DNA from: Octopus bimaculoides
Lineage: Eukaryota
DNA: 64,000 nucleotides
Reading direction: 5' to 3'
Assembly: GCF_001194135.2 (NCBI RefSeq)
Contig: NC_068986.1
Coordinates: 46,421,147 to 46,485,146 of the forward strand
Shown: in pieces, positions 38,483 to 51,480 of the stretch
How positions within the stretch are numbered: position 1 is the stretch's first letter
Layout: the number at the start of each line of letters is the position of its first letter
The notes under the pieces: model-generated
What the model saw: the letters and a program-made list of their open reading frames with translations, nothing else
Database searches by the model: none
Told to the model about the DNA's origin: nothing
Made by a program: the position numbers and the translations under genes

Positions 38483-40303
38483 ATAAGTATATATATATAT
38501 GTGTGTTTTTGATTGAGTCTCCTTGACTTGGCATCACATGGTAGTTGTAAATGAGTATCACTGTTATATAATCAGTTTCATTCATTTCCAATATTCTGGG
38601 AAAATATGGCTGGCCATAGAAAATAATAACTTGTTTGGAGATAGATAAAGGTTAGTAACAGGAATGGCATCAGTCTATACAAAATGTGCCTCCATAAATT
38701 CAGCCCAACTTATGCAAGCCTGGGAAAATGGATGTTAAAAAACGGTGATGATATATGATATAGTATACACACACACACACACACATTCTTTTACTCTTAC
38801 TTGTTTCAGTCCTTTGTTGACATAAAGCACCACCTTTACTCGAAGAAATCGACCCCAAGACTTATTCTTTGTAAGCCTAGTACTTATTCTATCGGTCTCT
38901 TTTGCCAAACTGCTGAGTTACAGGGATGTAATCACATCAACATCCGTTGTCAAGTGATAGTGGTGGGGGGACAAGCACAGACACACAAACATATATATTT
39001 ACATACATACATACATACATATACACACATATCTGAATGTGTGTATGGTATTTGTGTGTTTGAGTGTGAATATATGTGTTTATGTTTATATTATGCCCCT
39101 TTGAGATTTATAACTTATCAGGTCATCAAATAGATATTGGTAAAATAAGCACTAAAGTGAAATAAGAACTGGACTTGATTAGATTAATAAAACCCTTGAA
39201 GTCAATATCCAGCATGGCTGCAGTCCAATGACTGAAATCAGCAGTGAAAGAAGAAAAGAATAAATAACTATTTATATTCACTGCTAATGGTCGATACGAA
39301 GCATCAAAATTGTAGGAGCATGACCATGATATAAATATGCAGAAGGTAGCTGACAGACAGGTCTGAAAATTTTGTGAATATAAATTATTGTATAAGAAAA
39401 TAACTAACTAAAACAAAAAATGGAAAACAACAGACATGCCAATAATTCTAAACATTTCACAATAGCAATATGATAATGAGTTAGATGTCAACTTCAGTTT
39501 GTAGTATCGGATATTATATATAGTTTGTTTCTAAGTATGTTTGTGAAGAGTACAAGAAACTTGTTTAGAAATATATATGTTTAAAAATATTTGAAGTATG
39601 TTATGAACAAATAAAATCAAACATCATGTGTCTTCGTGAATTCTCAAGACTGGTGTAAAATATTATAAATATTTGATATGTCATGCATATTTATATTTTG
39701 AGTAAACAATAACTCTAAACTACATGCAGATAATCAATATTTTATTTATATCACATAATTGTTTGACTTTTGTGGTCAGCAGAATACATCACTAAGGTTA
39801 ACTATTGATCTGATTTTAGTGAAGGCATGTAGCCTAGTAGTTAAGGTGTTTGGTTCATAATCATATAACTGAGGGTTCATATCCAGGATTGGATAGCAAG
39901 ACATTCTATTTCATGTTGCTCCAGTTTACTCAACTGTAATGACTTGTGCAGCCTCTCTCCTTCTAGCTGTAACATCCTAGATGTAACACTGGGCCAAGAG
40001 TGAGTGGTGGGGGGGGCGTGAGATGGTGTATAAATTTCCTAACAACTATATAAGAGGCACTTAAAACAATTATTGAAAGCATAGTACATTAACAAGTCAA
40101 ATTAACTTGCTAGTAACCTCTATACTTCTCTGTACTATTATTGATTTGATTTAAAAAGAGATGTTGGTATTGACAGTTAAGTGTTTCCCAAGGTATTAAC
40201 AATGAATGTAAATTGTTGCATTGAAATATACTCAGCTCATTGAAAAAATTACCTTTTTTATACTTTATAGTCTGTATTACTTTCTCTCAAAACACTATAC
40301 CAT

Positions 40304-40929
40304 GCTAAAAGAAAAAGGACACAGTAGCCCCTGATATGTGACAGGAAGATCACAGCTGAAATACGTTTGATCACATATCTTCTTGACCAGAGGCTAGACA
40401 ACCACAAGAGCAACAACGAATATTCAATTATGTCACCAAAATTAGAAGAGCATCCATACGATACTCATAAAAAATTCTAGAACTATTTTAGGAAAAGTGG
40501 AATTCAATGTTCTGAAGAGTAATTTTTGGAGAGTAACATAATTATCACTGAGAAATTCCTTTTTTTTTTTCTAAAATGACAAATAAATATTTTTTTAAAA
40601 ACATGTGTTCTNNNNNNNNNNGCTAAAAGAAAAAGGACACAGTAGCCCCTGATATGTGACAGGAAGATCACAGCTGAAATACGTTTGATCACATATCTTC
40701 TTGACCAGAGGCTAGACAACCACAAGAGCAACAACGAATATTCAATTATGTCACCAAAATTAGAAGAGCATCCATACGATACTCATAAAAAATTCTAGAA
40801 CTATTTTAGGAAAAGTGGAATTCAATGTTCTGAAGAGTAATTTTTGGAGAGTAACATAATTATCACTGAGAAATTCCTTTTTTTTTTTCTAAAATGACAA
40901 ATAAATATTTTTTTAAAAACATGTGTTCT
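40304..40929. other. Identical 308-bp segments either side of a 10-N gap (probable unmerged contig overlap)
   Basis: 40304-40611 appears identical to 40622-40929, separated only by N10. Confidence 0.9.
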
Positions 40930-42117
40930 TTTAAAAACTCTCAAGAAATTGATTTTAAAAATATCTACACAGTGGTAGAAAGTCATTTCAGTGCTAAAAT
41001 AGATATAATCAACTTTTTTTCTTAAATAGCATATGGATATTAAATCAAATTAGATGTAATCCAATAAACTCATACAACAAATAGCAAATGATAAATTAAA
41101 CAAAACCTGTACTGTTAAGTAGTTAAGAAGAGCTTGTTCATTCCATCAGTATTCAAACTAATGTATATCTACCATTTCACAGCTAATGGGAAACACTATA
41201 ATGCCCCAGAAGAAATTTAGTATAATAAGATTTTTTTCCTGTACTTTTTTTTTTTTCCAACTATGTTATTTAATATTTCTAATGATTAAATAACAGTTGA
41301 AAATGAATATTTTTCTTGCTACATCTTCAAATTATCAAAAAAAAAAAAAAAAATGATCACCTCACCTAATCCAGATTCAAATATTTAAAGCTGATCAATG
41401 TAGCCAATGTAGCTATATCATATTATATTATTCCATGAAGAATATGAAAGAACAAAACCAATTTCTAGAGAAATCAAAGACAATTCCAAAGATGTGAAAG
41501 AAAGTCTTAGAATTTGATCTTGTTAATTAGTTCATTTAGAGTTGGTTATCTAATGGTTTTTAAATCAGCAACATCCTAAGCTGTTCTGAAAGGAAACGTG
41601 ATATGCTTGAGAAGAAAAAGAATGGAGAATGAAAACTAGTATACTTTGTAGTACATGGAACATTCATGACTGAATTAAATCGGAAAGAGGGAAAGGTAAG
41701 GGACGATGTACTCATTGATATGTCTTTTATCTCTGACTTGTTTCAGTTATTGGACTGTGGCTATATGCTTTATCAGGAAACAAATATTTTAGTGAATGAA
41801 CATATTTCCTAAACAGCATATGTATTTTGTCTGTTGTTGTATAGTATATAGGGATGGGGTAACTAAAATTCTGAAGATTAAAATAGCCAATTTAAAAAAT
41901 TTAATTGAACACATTTTATAGGATGCAAAAGCATAGTTAGGTCAAAAGGCATCATGTTATCAATGATATTGTACCCCCCCCCCACTACAAAAAATGGTTA
42001 TCAAGATGTAGAAATGATTTAAGGAGGTATATGCAAATGTGTGGAGGGTCATTTTCTCAATGCTTAAATTTTAAAAATATTGTTAGTAATTTTAAGTAAT
42101 GGTTTCTGATTTAGATC

Positions 42118-42305
42118 CAAAGCTAGTAATTTTGAGAGAAGAGGATTATTTGATGCCACTGATTCCAGTATTTGACTGGTATTTATTTTACTGACCCCAA
42201 AAGGATGAAAGGTTGGGTTGAGCCTGGTAGGTGTTAAACTCAGAGTGATAAGAACTAGAAGAAATACTGCAAAGCAGTTTTGCTGATGCTCTAAGTATTC
42301 CACAA
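42118..42305 (-). mobile_element. SINE family B, diverged
   Basis: 'ctgaccccaaaaggatgaaaggttgggttgagcc...ctcagagtgataag'. Confidence 0.65.
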
Positions 42306-43168
42306 GATTTTGCTTTCATAGTTACACTTTGGTAACTTTTGCTATAACATACAAATATATTCCAAGAATATCAGTTCAAGACAAACCATCAAACACTCTT
42401 CTTAAATTCTTGTAACTTGTAGATGCAGTTCTACAAGTTACAAGAACCATAGTAGTCATCTATCATTAAAAAATAGTACATTAAAAATTTTATGACCCCA
42501 TTTCTAGTGAAACAGATGCTTTCCAATTAATTTCTAATATAATCAAGAATTTGGAAGAATTTAATGAGAAGTTAACTATTTTATTCATTGCTATATTAAG
42601 TAGTTGTTTTGAATATTAACAAAGTACCTCAAATAAAATTATGATAGTAAATTTTAAATTCAAGATGAATGCTGTAAAATGGGAGGCTTTTGAATCATAA
42701 AACCAGAAATAGTGTCAGGAAGACAGTTAATGATGGTATTAAGTCGTTCTATGAAGTTAACCATGTTCTCGGTTATTATACTTCATAGCACTTACAGGCA
42801 ATAGCATACCTGCTGTATATTCCAAATTGCTTTGTGTAGCTCTTATAATCTTACTATCCAAATATTAAATCAAAAAGTCCAACCAGAATTTAGACTTATT
42901 CATTATTATGAAAATTATTTAGAGCCAATTTAAAATAAATAATCCAAAAATAACACAATACTTCGTTATTCAGTTAAGCCCACTGAAATAATAATCTATA
43001 AGCTAAAATAAATAATAATTTTAAATATACACTATTTTATAATGCCTTTTCTTGTAATTGGGCAAGAGCATATCAGTAAATATTCTAATGACTAGTTGAT
43101 ATTGGGCTGTTTAGTAGAAAATCAATCCATAATAAAAGAGAATATGGTTGCTGTGTGGTGAGTAGCTC

Positions 43169-43636
43169 AGACACAGGAGTGGCTGTGTGGTAAGTAGCTT
43201 GCTTACCAACCACATGGTCCCGGGTTCAGTCCCATTGCATGGCACCTTGGGTAAGTGTCTTTGACTATAGTTTTGGGCCAACCAAAGCCTTGGATTTGGT
43301 AGATGGAAACTGAAAGAAGCCCGTCACATATGTGTGTGTGTGTGTATATGTGTGTGTATATGTGTGTGTGTGTATGTGTGTGTGTATATGTGTGTGTGTA
43401 TGTATATATATATATATGTATGTATGCATATGCTTGTGTGTCTGTGTTTGTCCTCCCGCCATCACTTGATAGCCGATGTTGGTGTGTTTACGTCCCTGTA
43501 ACTTAGCAGTTTAACAAAAGAGACTGACAGAATAAGCACTGGGCTTACAAAGAATAACTCCTAGGGTTGATTTGTTTGACTGAAGGTGGTGCTCCAGCAT
43601 GGCTGCAGTCAAATGACTAATACAAATAAAAGAATA
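43169..43636 (+). mobile_element. SINE family A, full length, long internal (TG/TA)n
   Basis: Head 'agacacaggagtggctgtgtggtaagtagc', CORE-like block and tail. Confidence 0.92.
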
Positions 43637-44049
43637 TATACACATATATATACATACACATATATATACATGCTCACAAATATATATATCACACGCACAC
43701 ATATATACACACACAAGTATATAAACACACACACACATATGCGTATATGTATGTTCACACACACACACTCAAACATGTGTATATACTTCCAATTTAGTTT
43801 CAGATTTAGAATTTTTATAAAGTATTCTTTTCTTGTCTTTTACTTTCATTTTATATTTTGTAAAAGGGAATATTTTAAATTTTTGACTATTTGGGTTTAA
43901 ATTTGGATTTTAAATTCTTATGAAGTATTCTTTTGCCTTCCATAACTGATTACTTTCATCTTGTATTTTGTAAATGGGGAATATCTAAAATTTTCTATTT
44001 GCACAAATCTACACAGAACATTTCTAAGAGATGAATTCTTAATTAGTTA

Positions 44050-44920
44050 TTGCATGTTTACATAACTGCTTAGTTTTGTCCATGTTTCTTCACTGCAATT
44101 CCCATTACATTGTGGGCATGTGATGCAGTAGATGAAGTTTTTTATTTTACAATTCATGCCTGCATTCACTTTCAATTCCTTCCCATTCTTGAATCTCTTG
44201 GTCACTTATTACACATGTCCACAGCAAGGGTCTCTACAGCTTGCTTTACTTGTATTATTTCTTTATCCAATGTGAATCTCGCCTTTGTGAGAAGTCTCTT
44301 GAAATTTAGTGATTGTCTTTGGCTGTTGATGATTTATGATTTTTTAATTATTTGTTGAGGTTTCATGATTGATATAGAATTGGGAGGTATCATTTACCTG
44401 AATGTAAGAGATTGTGGTTCCTAAGATTTCCCATAACTATGCGTATTTGTAGATAATATTGGACATCAAAGAAGTAGTTGTTTTCCAATACTAACTGTAA
44501 TCTTACATTTGGGAATCTCTACTGAATTTTTGTGCATATTTGTCTTTCCAGAATTCTACTGCTTCTAATCCTGATCCATGGATGATATTTGTGGTTATGT
44601 CAAACGTAACAAGGATTGTCACTTTATTCATTCTGGAATATGGTTTAGGAAGTTTGGTGAAACTAGGATGAAACTAGGAATCAATTTGCATGAAACTTTC
44701 AAAATTATGTCATCAAGTTGCTTAATCATTGGGTGCTGGATGCTAGTCCTGCAGCAATTAATTGGATGTAATTTTGGATCAGATGATTTGGGGATTTTTA
44801 AATAAACTGTAATTATTAGGCTTTTTCAGCTGTTAATGATTTCTTTAGTTTTATGGAGTTTTTGAAGTACATATAGAACTTACTTGTTTTTGCCTCAAAA
44901 GTAGTGATGTAATCTAACTC
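44050..44920 (-). pseudogene. Penelope-like retroelement remnant (RT plus GIY-YIG region, internally deleted)
   Basis: Minus frames give LVTFDITTNIIHGSGLEAVEFW, LENNYFFDVQYYLQIRIVMG and MNCKIKNFIYCITCPQC, matching PLE RT and GIY-YIG N-terminal motifs from memory. Confidence 0.75.
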
Positions 44921-45093
44921 CTTTTTTTGGTAAGTCATTTTAAAATTCATTAATTTACTAGTTTTACTCATTGTTCATTTATCTGCATTGGTTTCTAATT
45001 TTTTGAAATGTATAAATGTTGGTCATTTAATTGTTCTAAGACCATTTCCAGCAATAGGTCTTGTCCATTATTACAATGGCTTCTCCTTTGTTG

Positions 45094-45134
<41 letters not shown>

Positions 45135-45165
45135 CAGCTATATATATATATATATATATATTAAT

Positions 45166-45478
45166 GAAGGAGCAATGGCCCAGTGGTTAGGGCAGCGGAC
45201 TCACGGTCGGAGGATCGCGGTTTCGATTCTCAGACTGCGCATTGTGTGTTTATTGAGTGAAAACATCTAAAGCTCCACAAGGCTCCAGCAGAGGGTGGTG
45301 GCAACCCCTGTTGGACTCTTTTGCCCCAACTTTCTCTCACTCTTTCTTCCTGTTTCTTGAGTAACGCTGCGATGGACTGGCGTCCCATCCATCTGGGGGG
45401 AACACATACGCCATAGAAACTGGGAAACCAGGCCCATGAGCCTGGCTAGGCTTTAAAAGGGTGCATAAATAAATAAAT
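45166..45478 (+). mobile_element. SINE with family-C head/body but a different 3' module
   Basis: Matches 50313 up to 'ctttcttcctgtttct', then 'gcgatggactggcgtcccatcca...ggctttaaaagggtgcat(aaat)n'. Confidence 0.85.
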
Positions 45479-46319
45479 ATTAAATATTACCACATACACC
45501 ATGTCATGTTTTAAATCCATAATCATAAATGAAAAATTGCTTAAATGATACAAAATTGCATATTTCCTTTAATGCTTAACAAATGCTTAGTGTTTCCAAA
45601 ATTATTTCTTGTTGACTAAATTATATTTTATTAATAAGACAAATTGCCATAAATATACTTTAGAATGATATAATTGCATGGTTTTTGTTTATATTCACTT
45701 GTCTTTTTTTTTATTTAATTCTTTTATTCTAAAATTGCAGGAGGAATTTTGACGTAATTTTTCAATTAAAGCAAACTGTTTCCTGTATCAAGATAAGATT
45801 CAATAATAATTTCTGCATGTGCTTGTAAAATTCCAGCACTGAACTGGTTTGAATCACAAGATACATAAATACATGAAAATGAACACAAAGCTATTAATCA
45901 GAAATAAAATATTTTCATGTTCTACAGACCAGTTAATAAATGTGAAAAACTAAGAAACAACCAAAATGGTAATTAAAAGCATAAGCTTGTTACTTGTAAT
46001 ATTAAGCTTTTTCCTCATAAAATATGTTATACCATGGTACTTAAAGAATAGATATAAAAAAATATTTTTGAAAGACCTTATGAGTATTCATTTAGTTTCT
46101 TTTTCTTTTAATCTTCATTTTCACAGTAAAACACAAATGAAGTTCACACATAGATTGATCTAAGTTAATTTTAACTTTCTTAGATAATGCGTAAAATCTG
46201 GGTCATTCCTGTCATAAACATTTTCCTGAATATGATTATGGTCATTCATTTTATCACTCTATGAAAGATGAGAAACATAGTTGATCTCAGCAAAATGTAA
46301 AGATATTATGAAAATAGCA

Positions 46320-46700
46320 CAAATAAGGTTGTGTAGTTAAGAAGCTCACTTTGAAACCATGTGGTTTTGGGTTCAGTTCTACTGCAGAGCACCTTGGGTA
46401 AGGGTTGTTTACTATAGTCCCAGATTGATCAATGGCATGTAAATGAATTTGATAGATGGAAACTTTGTGGAAACCTATTGTGTGTGTGTGTGTGTATTTG
46501 TGTTGTGTTTATCCCCACCTCACCACTTGACAATTGCTGTTGGTTCAGTTATGTCTCTGTAACTTAGTAGTTTGGCAAAAGAAACCTATAGAATAAGTAC
46601 CAGGCTTATAAAATTAAGTACTAGGGTCGATCTGTTTGACTAAACCTTGCACAGCAGTGCTCCAGCATGGCCCCACTCCAATGACTGAAACAAGATAAAA
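46320..46700 (+). mobile_element. SINE family A, diverged
   Basis: 'gagcaccttgggtaaggg' CORE-like block, (TG)n and tail 'ctccagcatggcc..aatgactgaaacaag'. Confidence 0.8.
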
Positions 46701-47007
46701 ATTTATCTTGCATAGTCTGAAAGCAGTAATACTTTGTGGAGTTTTGCAATTTTTAAAAAATTCTTCTGGTTTACCAAAACTTAAATTCCATCATATTCTC
46801 ATGAATCCAACATTAATATATTTTTCAAACATAAGTATTCACTATGAAGAAGAAGAAGAATTATCATCATCATCATGTTCTCATTTGATCACACCAAGGT
46901 TATAATTAATCAGACTCTCACCAAATGTTAGCAAGCAAGAGAATAAAATGCATGAGTTTAAAGCCAGTCATGGCAAATTCAATTCTACTAATTTGATATC
47001 ACTTCTG

Positions 47008-47076
<69 letters not shown>

Positions 47077-47112
47077 TCTTCCCTCAACTTATAGAGAATT
47101 TCTGAATTGCTG

Positions 47113-47327
47113 GCCCTTAAGCATTTAAACAGGTCATATATGACCCAAATTTTTTGTTTTGTGTTCAAACCAGCTAGATCAGGTTTCTCACACCTACCAT
47201 ACAATATGATGCTAAAATAAACAATCACATTTTTGAAATCTCAATGTTGCAAGATAATACATGATTAATTCAAACCAATATGAATAAAAAGGCATACATT
47301 TGACAGAGTAATCTAAATGCTAAAGGG
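47113..47327 (+). mobile_element. piggyBac-like MITE (~215 bp)
   Basis: Same internal sequence as 48825; ends '..ctaaatgctaaaggg|tta'. Left end degenerate. Confidence 0.65.
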
Positions 47328-47339
47328 TTATACTCTTTC

Positions 47340-47540
47340 TATTCTTTTATTCTTTTACTTGTTTCAGTCATTTGACTGTGGCCATGCTGGAGCACCACCT
47401 TTAGTCGAACAAATCGACCCCAGGACTTATTTTTTGTTAGCCTAGTACTTATTCTATCAGTCTCTTTTGCTGAACCACTAAGTTAAGGGGATGTAAACAC
47501 ACCAACATCGGTTGTCAAGCGATGTTGGGGGGACAAACAC

Positions 47541-47586
<46 letters not shown>

Positions 47587-47749
47587 GATGGGCTACTTTC
47601 AGTTTCCATCTGCCAAATCCACTCACAAGGCTTTGGTCAGCCCGAGGCTATACTAGAAGACACTTGCCCAAGGTGCCACACAGTGCGACTGAACCTGGAA
47701 CCATATGGTTGGTAAGCAAGCTACTTACTACACAGCCACTCCTACGCCT
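47340..47749 (-). mobile_element. SINE family A, full length
   Basis: Complete head to tail with internal (TA)n. Confidence 0.92.
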
Positions 47750-48824
47750 ATGGTAAAATTTCACTCAACATTTATTTGGAGAAGACAGAAACATTCTAGA
47801 AATGATAAAATATTTATACTTTGACTATATGATACATGATAGAACAATAAACTTTAACCATTATTCATGCCTCTTAAAATCCCTCTAAGTATAAATATTC
47901 CATTTTCACTCAAAATGACTATGTCTTTTAAAATATTGAAGAAGTGTCTGTATTTATTACATTTGACAAATATTTATGAAATAATATTGAAAACAAAAGA
48001 TATATCAACAAATTACACAGTTGAGTTGAAAAGTTACAATTTTTTAACAGAAGGATTCTTTGAAAACTGAAATTATTTTACAGCTGTTTTTGAAGTGATT
48101 TCCAGTTGAAAAATACAATAAATTAATATATTCAAGCAAGTTGTAAAGAAATTTTATGGTTTCTATTAAAGCACAAATTATTTTAGAAAACATAAGCAAA
48201 AGTATGTTAAACAAACAGTATATGCTTAACAAAATTATTTCAAATCAGGATGGCAGTCTTCTTGAAAATGATGCACTTCAAAATTAAAATCATTTGATAA
48301 ATTTAGAATAATTCCTTCAAGCAAATTTTCTCCTTCCATTTTGCTATGTGAACTATGTTATGCGTGCATCTTTGTTTTTTTCACTTTTTTTTTCTTTACA
48401 CAAATCTGGATATGATTTGTTGAAGTATATGATTTTCCAGCAGGATACATAGCCTTACTTCAACCATTCAACTGTGAAGTGGGAATGGTATCTATTTTCG
48501 ATAAGGGAAAGAATGAGAGTTATTATGAACCTTTTGCTAGAGGCACAACTTATTTCATTATTTTTATTTAAAATCATGGATTGACAGAATCAGTAGAGCA
48601 TTACACAAAATGGCTTTCAGGATGAAGCTGCTCTATTTAAGTTTTGAGTTTTTATCACAGAACTTTCAGTACTAACTGACATTGTTTGATTGTCAGTTCC
48701 TACCAAAATTTGTGACTTTGTCTCTATGTTGCAAATAATTATTATTGTTGGATGGCAGAATCAGTAGATTACTGTATGAATTGCTTTGATGTATTTAGTC
48801 ATACCTCTTTTTCTCTGAGTCTAA

Positions 48825-49044
48825 CCATTTAACATTTAAACCAGCCATATCCAGCCACAATATTCTGCTTATCTTAAGTTCAGCCTGGTCAGATCCAATT
48901 TCTAACACGTACCCCACAATGTCATTCTAAAACTAAGCAATTATATCATTGCAATTTCAAAGTTATAAGATAAAGCATGAACAATTCAAAACAAGGTGAC
49001 TAAATGAGCATTAAATTTTACAGAATAAGCTGAATGCTAAATGG
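48825..49044 (+). mobile_element. piggyBac-like MITE
   Basis: CTAA|CCATTTAACATT ... AATGCTAAATGG|TTAA; short TIRs and TTAA-like flanks. Confidence 0.7.
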
Positions 49045-49511
49045 TTAAATATAACTGATGTCACCTTTGCATTTTGTCCCTCCATGTTCAACAAAGCGAT
49101 TACTAATTGTGTGTAAGTGGAAATGAGTGAATAAAGCAACTATTCTCTTCCAATCAAATATGTGGTGATTTACCAATATAGGAAATCATTTATAATGTTT
49201 AAGTAGTTAAGAAGCCTACTTCACAACTATATGGTTTTATGTTCAATCTGGCTCTTCAGTACCTTAGATAAATGTCTTCCACGAAATACATTTCTGGTAT
49301 CTGATATACCATCTACTTAATGGGGTTTTCCTATTCATTTGTTAACCAACTTTAACCTGTTCTATTATATATTTCAAAATTTCAAAAATTAGAAAAAAAG
49401 AAAAATGGTTATTTGTACATAAAATTTGACATCCTCAGGCCTTGTTAGAAAGATGAGTTCAATCTTGAATCAAAACTGAGACTTTCTAATGCTATATTTA
49501 AATAACTTTAA

Positions 49512-49725
49512 CCCTTTCAGATTACTTTGTCAAATGTGATGCTTATTTATTCATATTTTTTGGAAATTAATCCTTTACTATCTTGTAGCTTTGAGATTTC
49601 AAAGATGTGATTGTTTATTTTTAGAATGACATTGCATGGTAGATATAAAAAATTGGATCTGGCCAGTTTGAACATAAACAGGTAGAATATTTGGGCTGGA
49701 TATGGCCAGTTTAAATGCCAAATGG
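49512..49725 (-). mobile_element. piggyBac-like MITE, opposite orientation
   Basis: TTAA|CCCTTTCAGATT ... AATGCCAAATGG|TTAA; interior is the reverse complement of the 48825 copy. Confidence 0.75.
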
Positions 49726-50312
49726 TTAAAATATTTTACTATAGTGATTAGTAATAATTTTTCTTGATAACCTAGAAGTTTCCAATGACTTTGAAATATT
49801 TCAGTTTTCAGAAGTTTTAAAACTAGTAGAATTTGGATTTTATTAATTTTAAAATACATTATTTTTTTAGATAACTTACAAATTAATTTTGAATAAGAAT
49901 TTTAAGCATTATTTTATAACCAAGTTGTTATAGAAAACTTCTGAGATGAAAGCAAATATACTTTCAAACAGATTAAATTTAAGCCATTAGTATAATAACA
50001 TAGACCTCTAAAAGTTTCTGATAATTAACAAAAAGATATTTAATTTGGAGTAATATTAATTAAGCATAGCATTGCAAAATGATATGAACGCAAATATCCA
50101 TCATAATAATTAATTTTGTAAAATGGAATGAAGTTTGAAATTGATAATATAGTTTAGTTGTAAGATTCTAAGATTCTCTAAAAATAACACTTATTAAGAG
50201 ACATATCAAAATGGATCAATACAAAACTAGAATTTTCAAAAATGAGATGATTTGAATTAAGTAAAATGACAAGAATTTGAGAAGATTGGTGCTGTTGTAT
50301 ATCAGCAAGAGT

Positions 50313-50700
50313 GGAGGCGCAATGGCCCAGTGGTTAGGGCAGCGGACTTGCGGTCATAGGATCGCGGTTTCGATTCCCAGACAGGGCATTGTGAGTGTTT
50401 ATTGAGTGAAAACACCTAAAGCTCCACGATGCTCTGGCAGGAGATGGTGGCGAACCCTGCTGTACTCTTTCACCACAACTTTCTCTCACTCTTTCTTCCT
50501 GTTTCTGTTGTACCTGTATTTCAAAGGGCCAGCCTTGTCACACTGTGTCACGCTGAATATCCTCGAGAACTACGTTAAGGGTACATGTGTCTGTGGAATG
50601 CTCAGCCACTTGCATATTAATTTCATGAGCAGGCTGTTCTGTTGATCAGATCAACTGGAACCCTTGACACCGTAAGTGACAGAGTGCCAACAAACAAACA
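50313..50700 (+). mobile_element. SINE family C, full length, 14-bp TSD
   Basis: tRNA-like head and CAA-rich tail; ATATCAGCAAGAGT at 50299-50312 and 50701-50714. Confidence 0.92.
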
Positions 50701-50893
50701 ATATCAGCAAGAGTATAAGATAAAGACTATGTTCTAAATATCAAATAATTTTCGTTGTGTTTATCTAGTGTTACATATTTTTTCCATTTAATATTGCTTG
50801 CTAGTATTCAGTAATTTACTTAAACATACTCCATTTGTGAACAGTATAGATGTATTTTCATAGTCAATTTCTATTTTGTAAACTTAATGCAAA

Positions 50894-51480
50894 GTTGATG
50901 TTGGAAGACTTTGAACTCAGAAAGTAAATATAGACAAAATGTCGCTAAGCATTTTACCTGGTATGCTAACAATTCTGCTAGCTGGCCACCTTACATACAG
51001 AACTAATACTGGTTTCAAATTTTGGTACAAGGCCAGCAATTTCAAGGGCAGGGTGAAAATTGATTCCATCCACCCCTGTCTTCAGCTTGTGCATGTTTTA
51101 ATAATCCTGAAAGGTTAAAAGGCAAAGTTGACCTTGGTGGAATTTGAACTCAGAAAATAAATATAGACAAAATGTTGCTATGCATTACGCCTGGTATGCT
51201 AACGATTATGCCAGCTTGCCACCTTGCACACACAACTAATACTAGTTTCAAATTTTGGCACAATGCCAGAAATTTTGGAGAGGGGCTGTTTAAATCAATT
51301 AGATCGACCCCAGTGCTGAACTGGTACTTATTTCATTGACTCCAAAAGGATGAAAGGCAAAGTTGACCCCGGACAATATTTGAACTCAGAATATAAAGAT
51401 GGACAAAGTACCTTTAGATATTTTGCCCTGCATGCTAATGAGTCTGCCAGCTTGCTGTCTTACACACAGAACTAATATTG
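50894..51480 (-). mobile_element. Head-to-tail array of ~2.5 family-B SINEs
   Basis: Period 233-236 bp; each unit carries the same ~22-bp flank. Confidence 0.85.

Noticed and set aside
50313-50390. tRNA genes (also at 45166, 4720-4791, 23490-23564)
   Set aside because: No proper acceptor stem; each continues into a SINE body, two with clear TSDs.
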